A DNA stretch of 14,638 nt from assembly GCA_001412365.1 (NCBI GenBank), contig LKUE01000328.1, positions 1-14,638 of the forward strand, read 5' to 3'. Below are positions 14,627-14,638 of this stretch, piece after piece (position 1 is the stretch's first letter; every line of letters begins with the position of its first letter). Made by a program: the position numbers and the translations under genes. The DNA is from Desulfuromonas sp. SDB (lineage in GTDB: Bacteria > SDB-A). The notes under the pieces are model-generated. The model ran no database searches and was not told the DNA's origin. It saw only the letters and a list, made by a program, of their open reading frames with translations.

Positions 14627-14638
14627 CCCATCATTACT

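Noticed and set aside
1-14638. Search for tRNA/rRNA, CRISPR arrays, IS elements/transposases, integrases or phage genes
   Set aside because: No GGTTCGAATCC-like T-arm motifs or cloverleaf-length GC-rich islands occur in the AT-rich intergenic gaps. There are no direct repeat-spacer arrays and no terminal inverted repeats flanking any gene. No product resembles a transposase or integrase.

Overview
The window is low-GC bacterial chromosome of diderm (Gram-negative-like) type. It is arranged as two divergent gene blocks that meet at an intergenic region at 6599..6711.

The minus-strand block (48..6598) carries four recognisable genes and one unknown. It encodes a membrane-anchored hypothetical protein. 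It also encodes an unusual 800-aa lipoprotein in which a family-5 solute-binding (OppA/DppA-like) domain is joined by a long acidic Thr/Glu/Val/Pro-rich linker to a TonB C-terminal domain. Further along are ribosomal protein L31 (Zn-ribbon type) and transcription termination factor Rho, which carries a roughly 150-aa disordered acidic/lysine-rich N-terminal extension. The block ends with a markedly AT-richer 255-aa gene of unknown function with no Shine-Dalgarno sequence.

The plus-strand block (6712..14584) looks like one long operon or supra-operon of tightly packed, translationally coupled genes:
- a 174-aa helical protein of unknown function;
- an SPFH/Band-7 (COG4260-type) protein with a Gly/Met-repeat linker and three tandem C-terminal zinc ribbons;
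- a small outer-membrane beta-barrel protein;
- a lipoprotein;
- an ArsB/NhaD-superfamily permease;
- after a 102-nt gap with a sigma70-like promoter, an OmpA-family protein with two carboxypeptidase-regulatory-like domains;
- a secreted beta-rich protein;
- a further lipoprotein.

A strong intrinsic terminator closes the block. No tRNA, rRNA, CRISPR array or transposase/integrase was found.

The two most novel-looking items are the SBP_bac_5::TonB_C fusion lipoprotein and the SPFH/triple-zinc-ribbon envelope operon.
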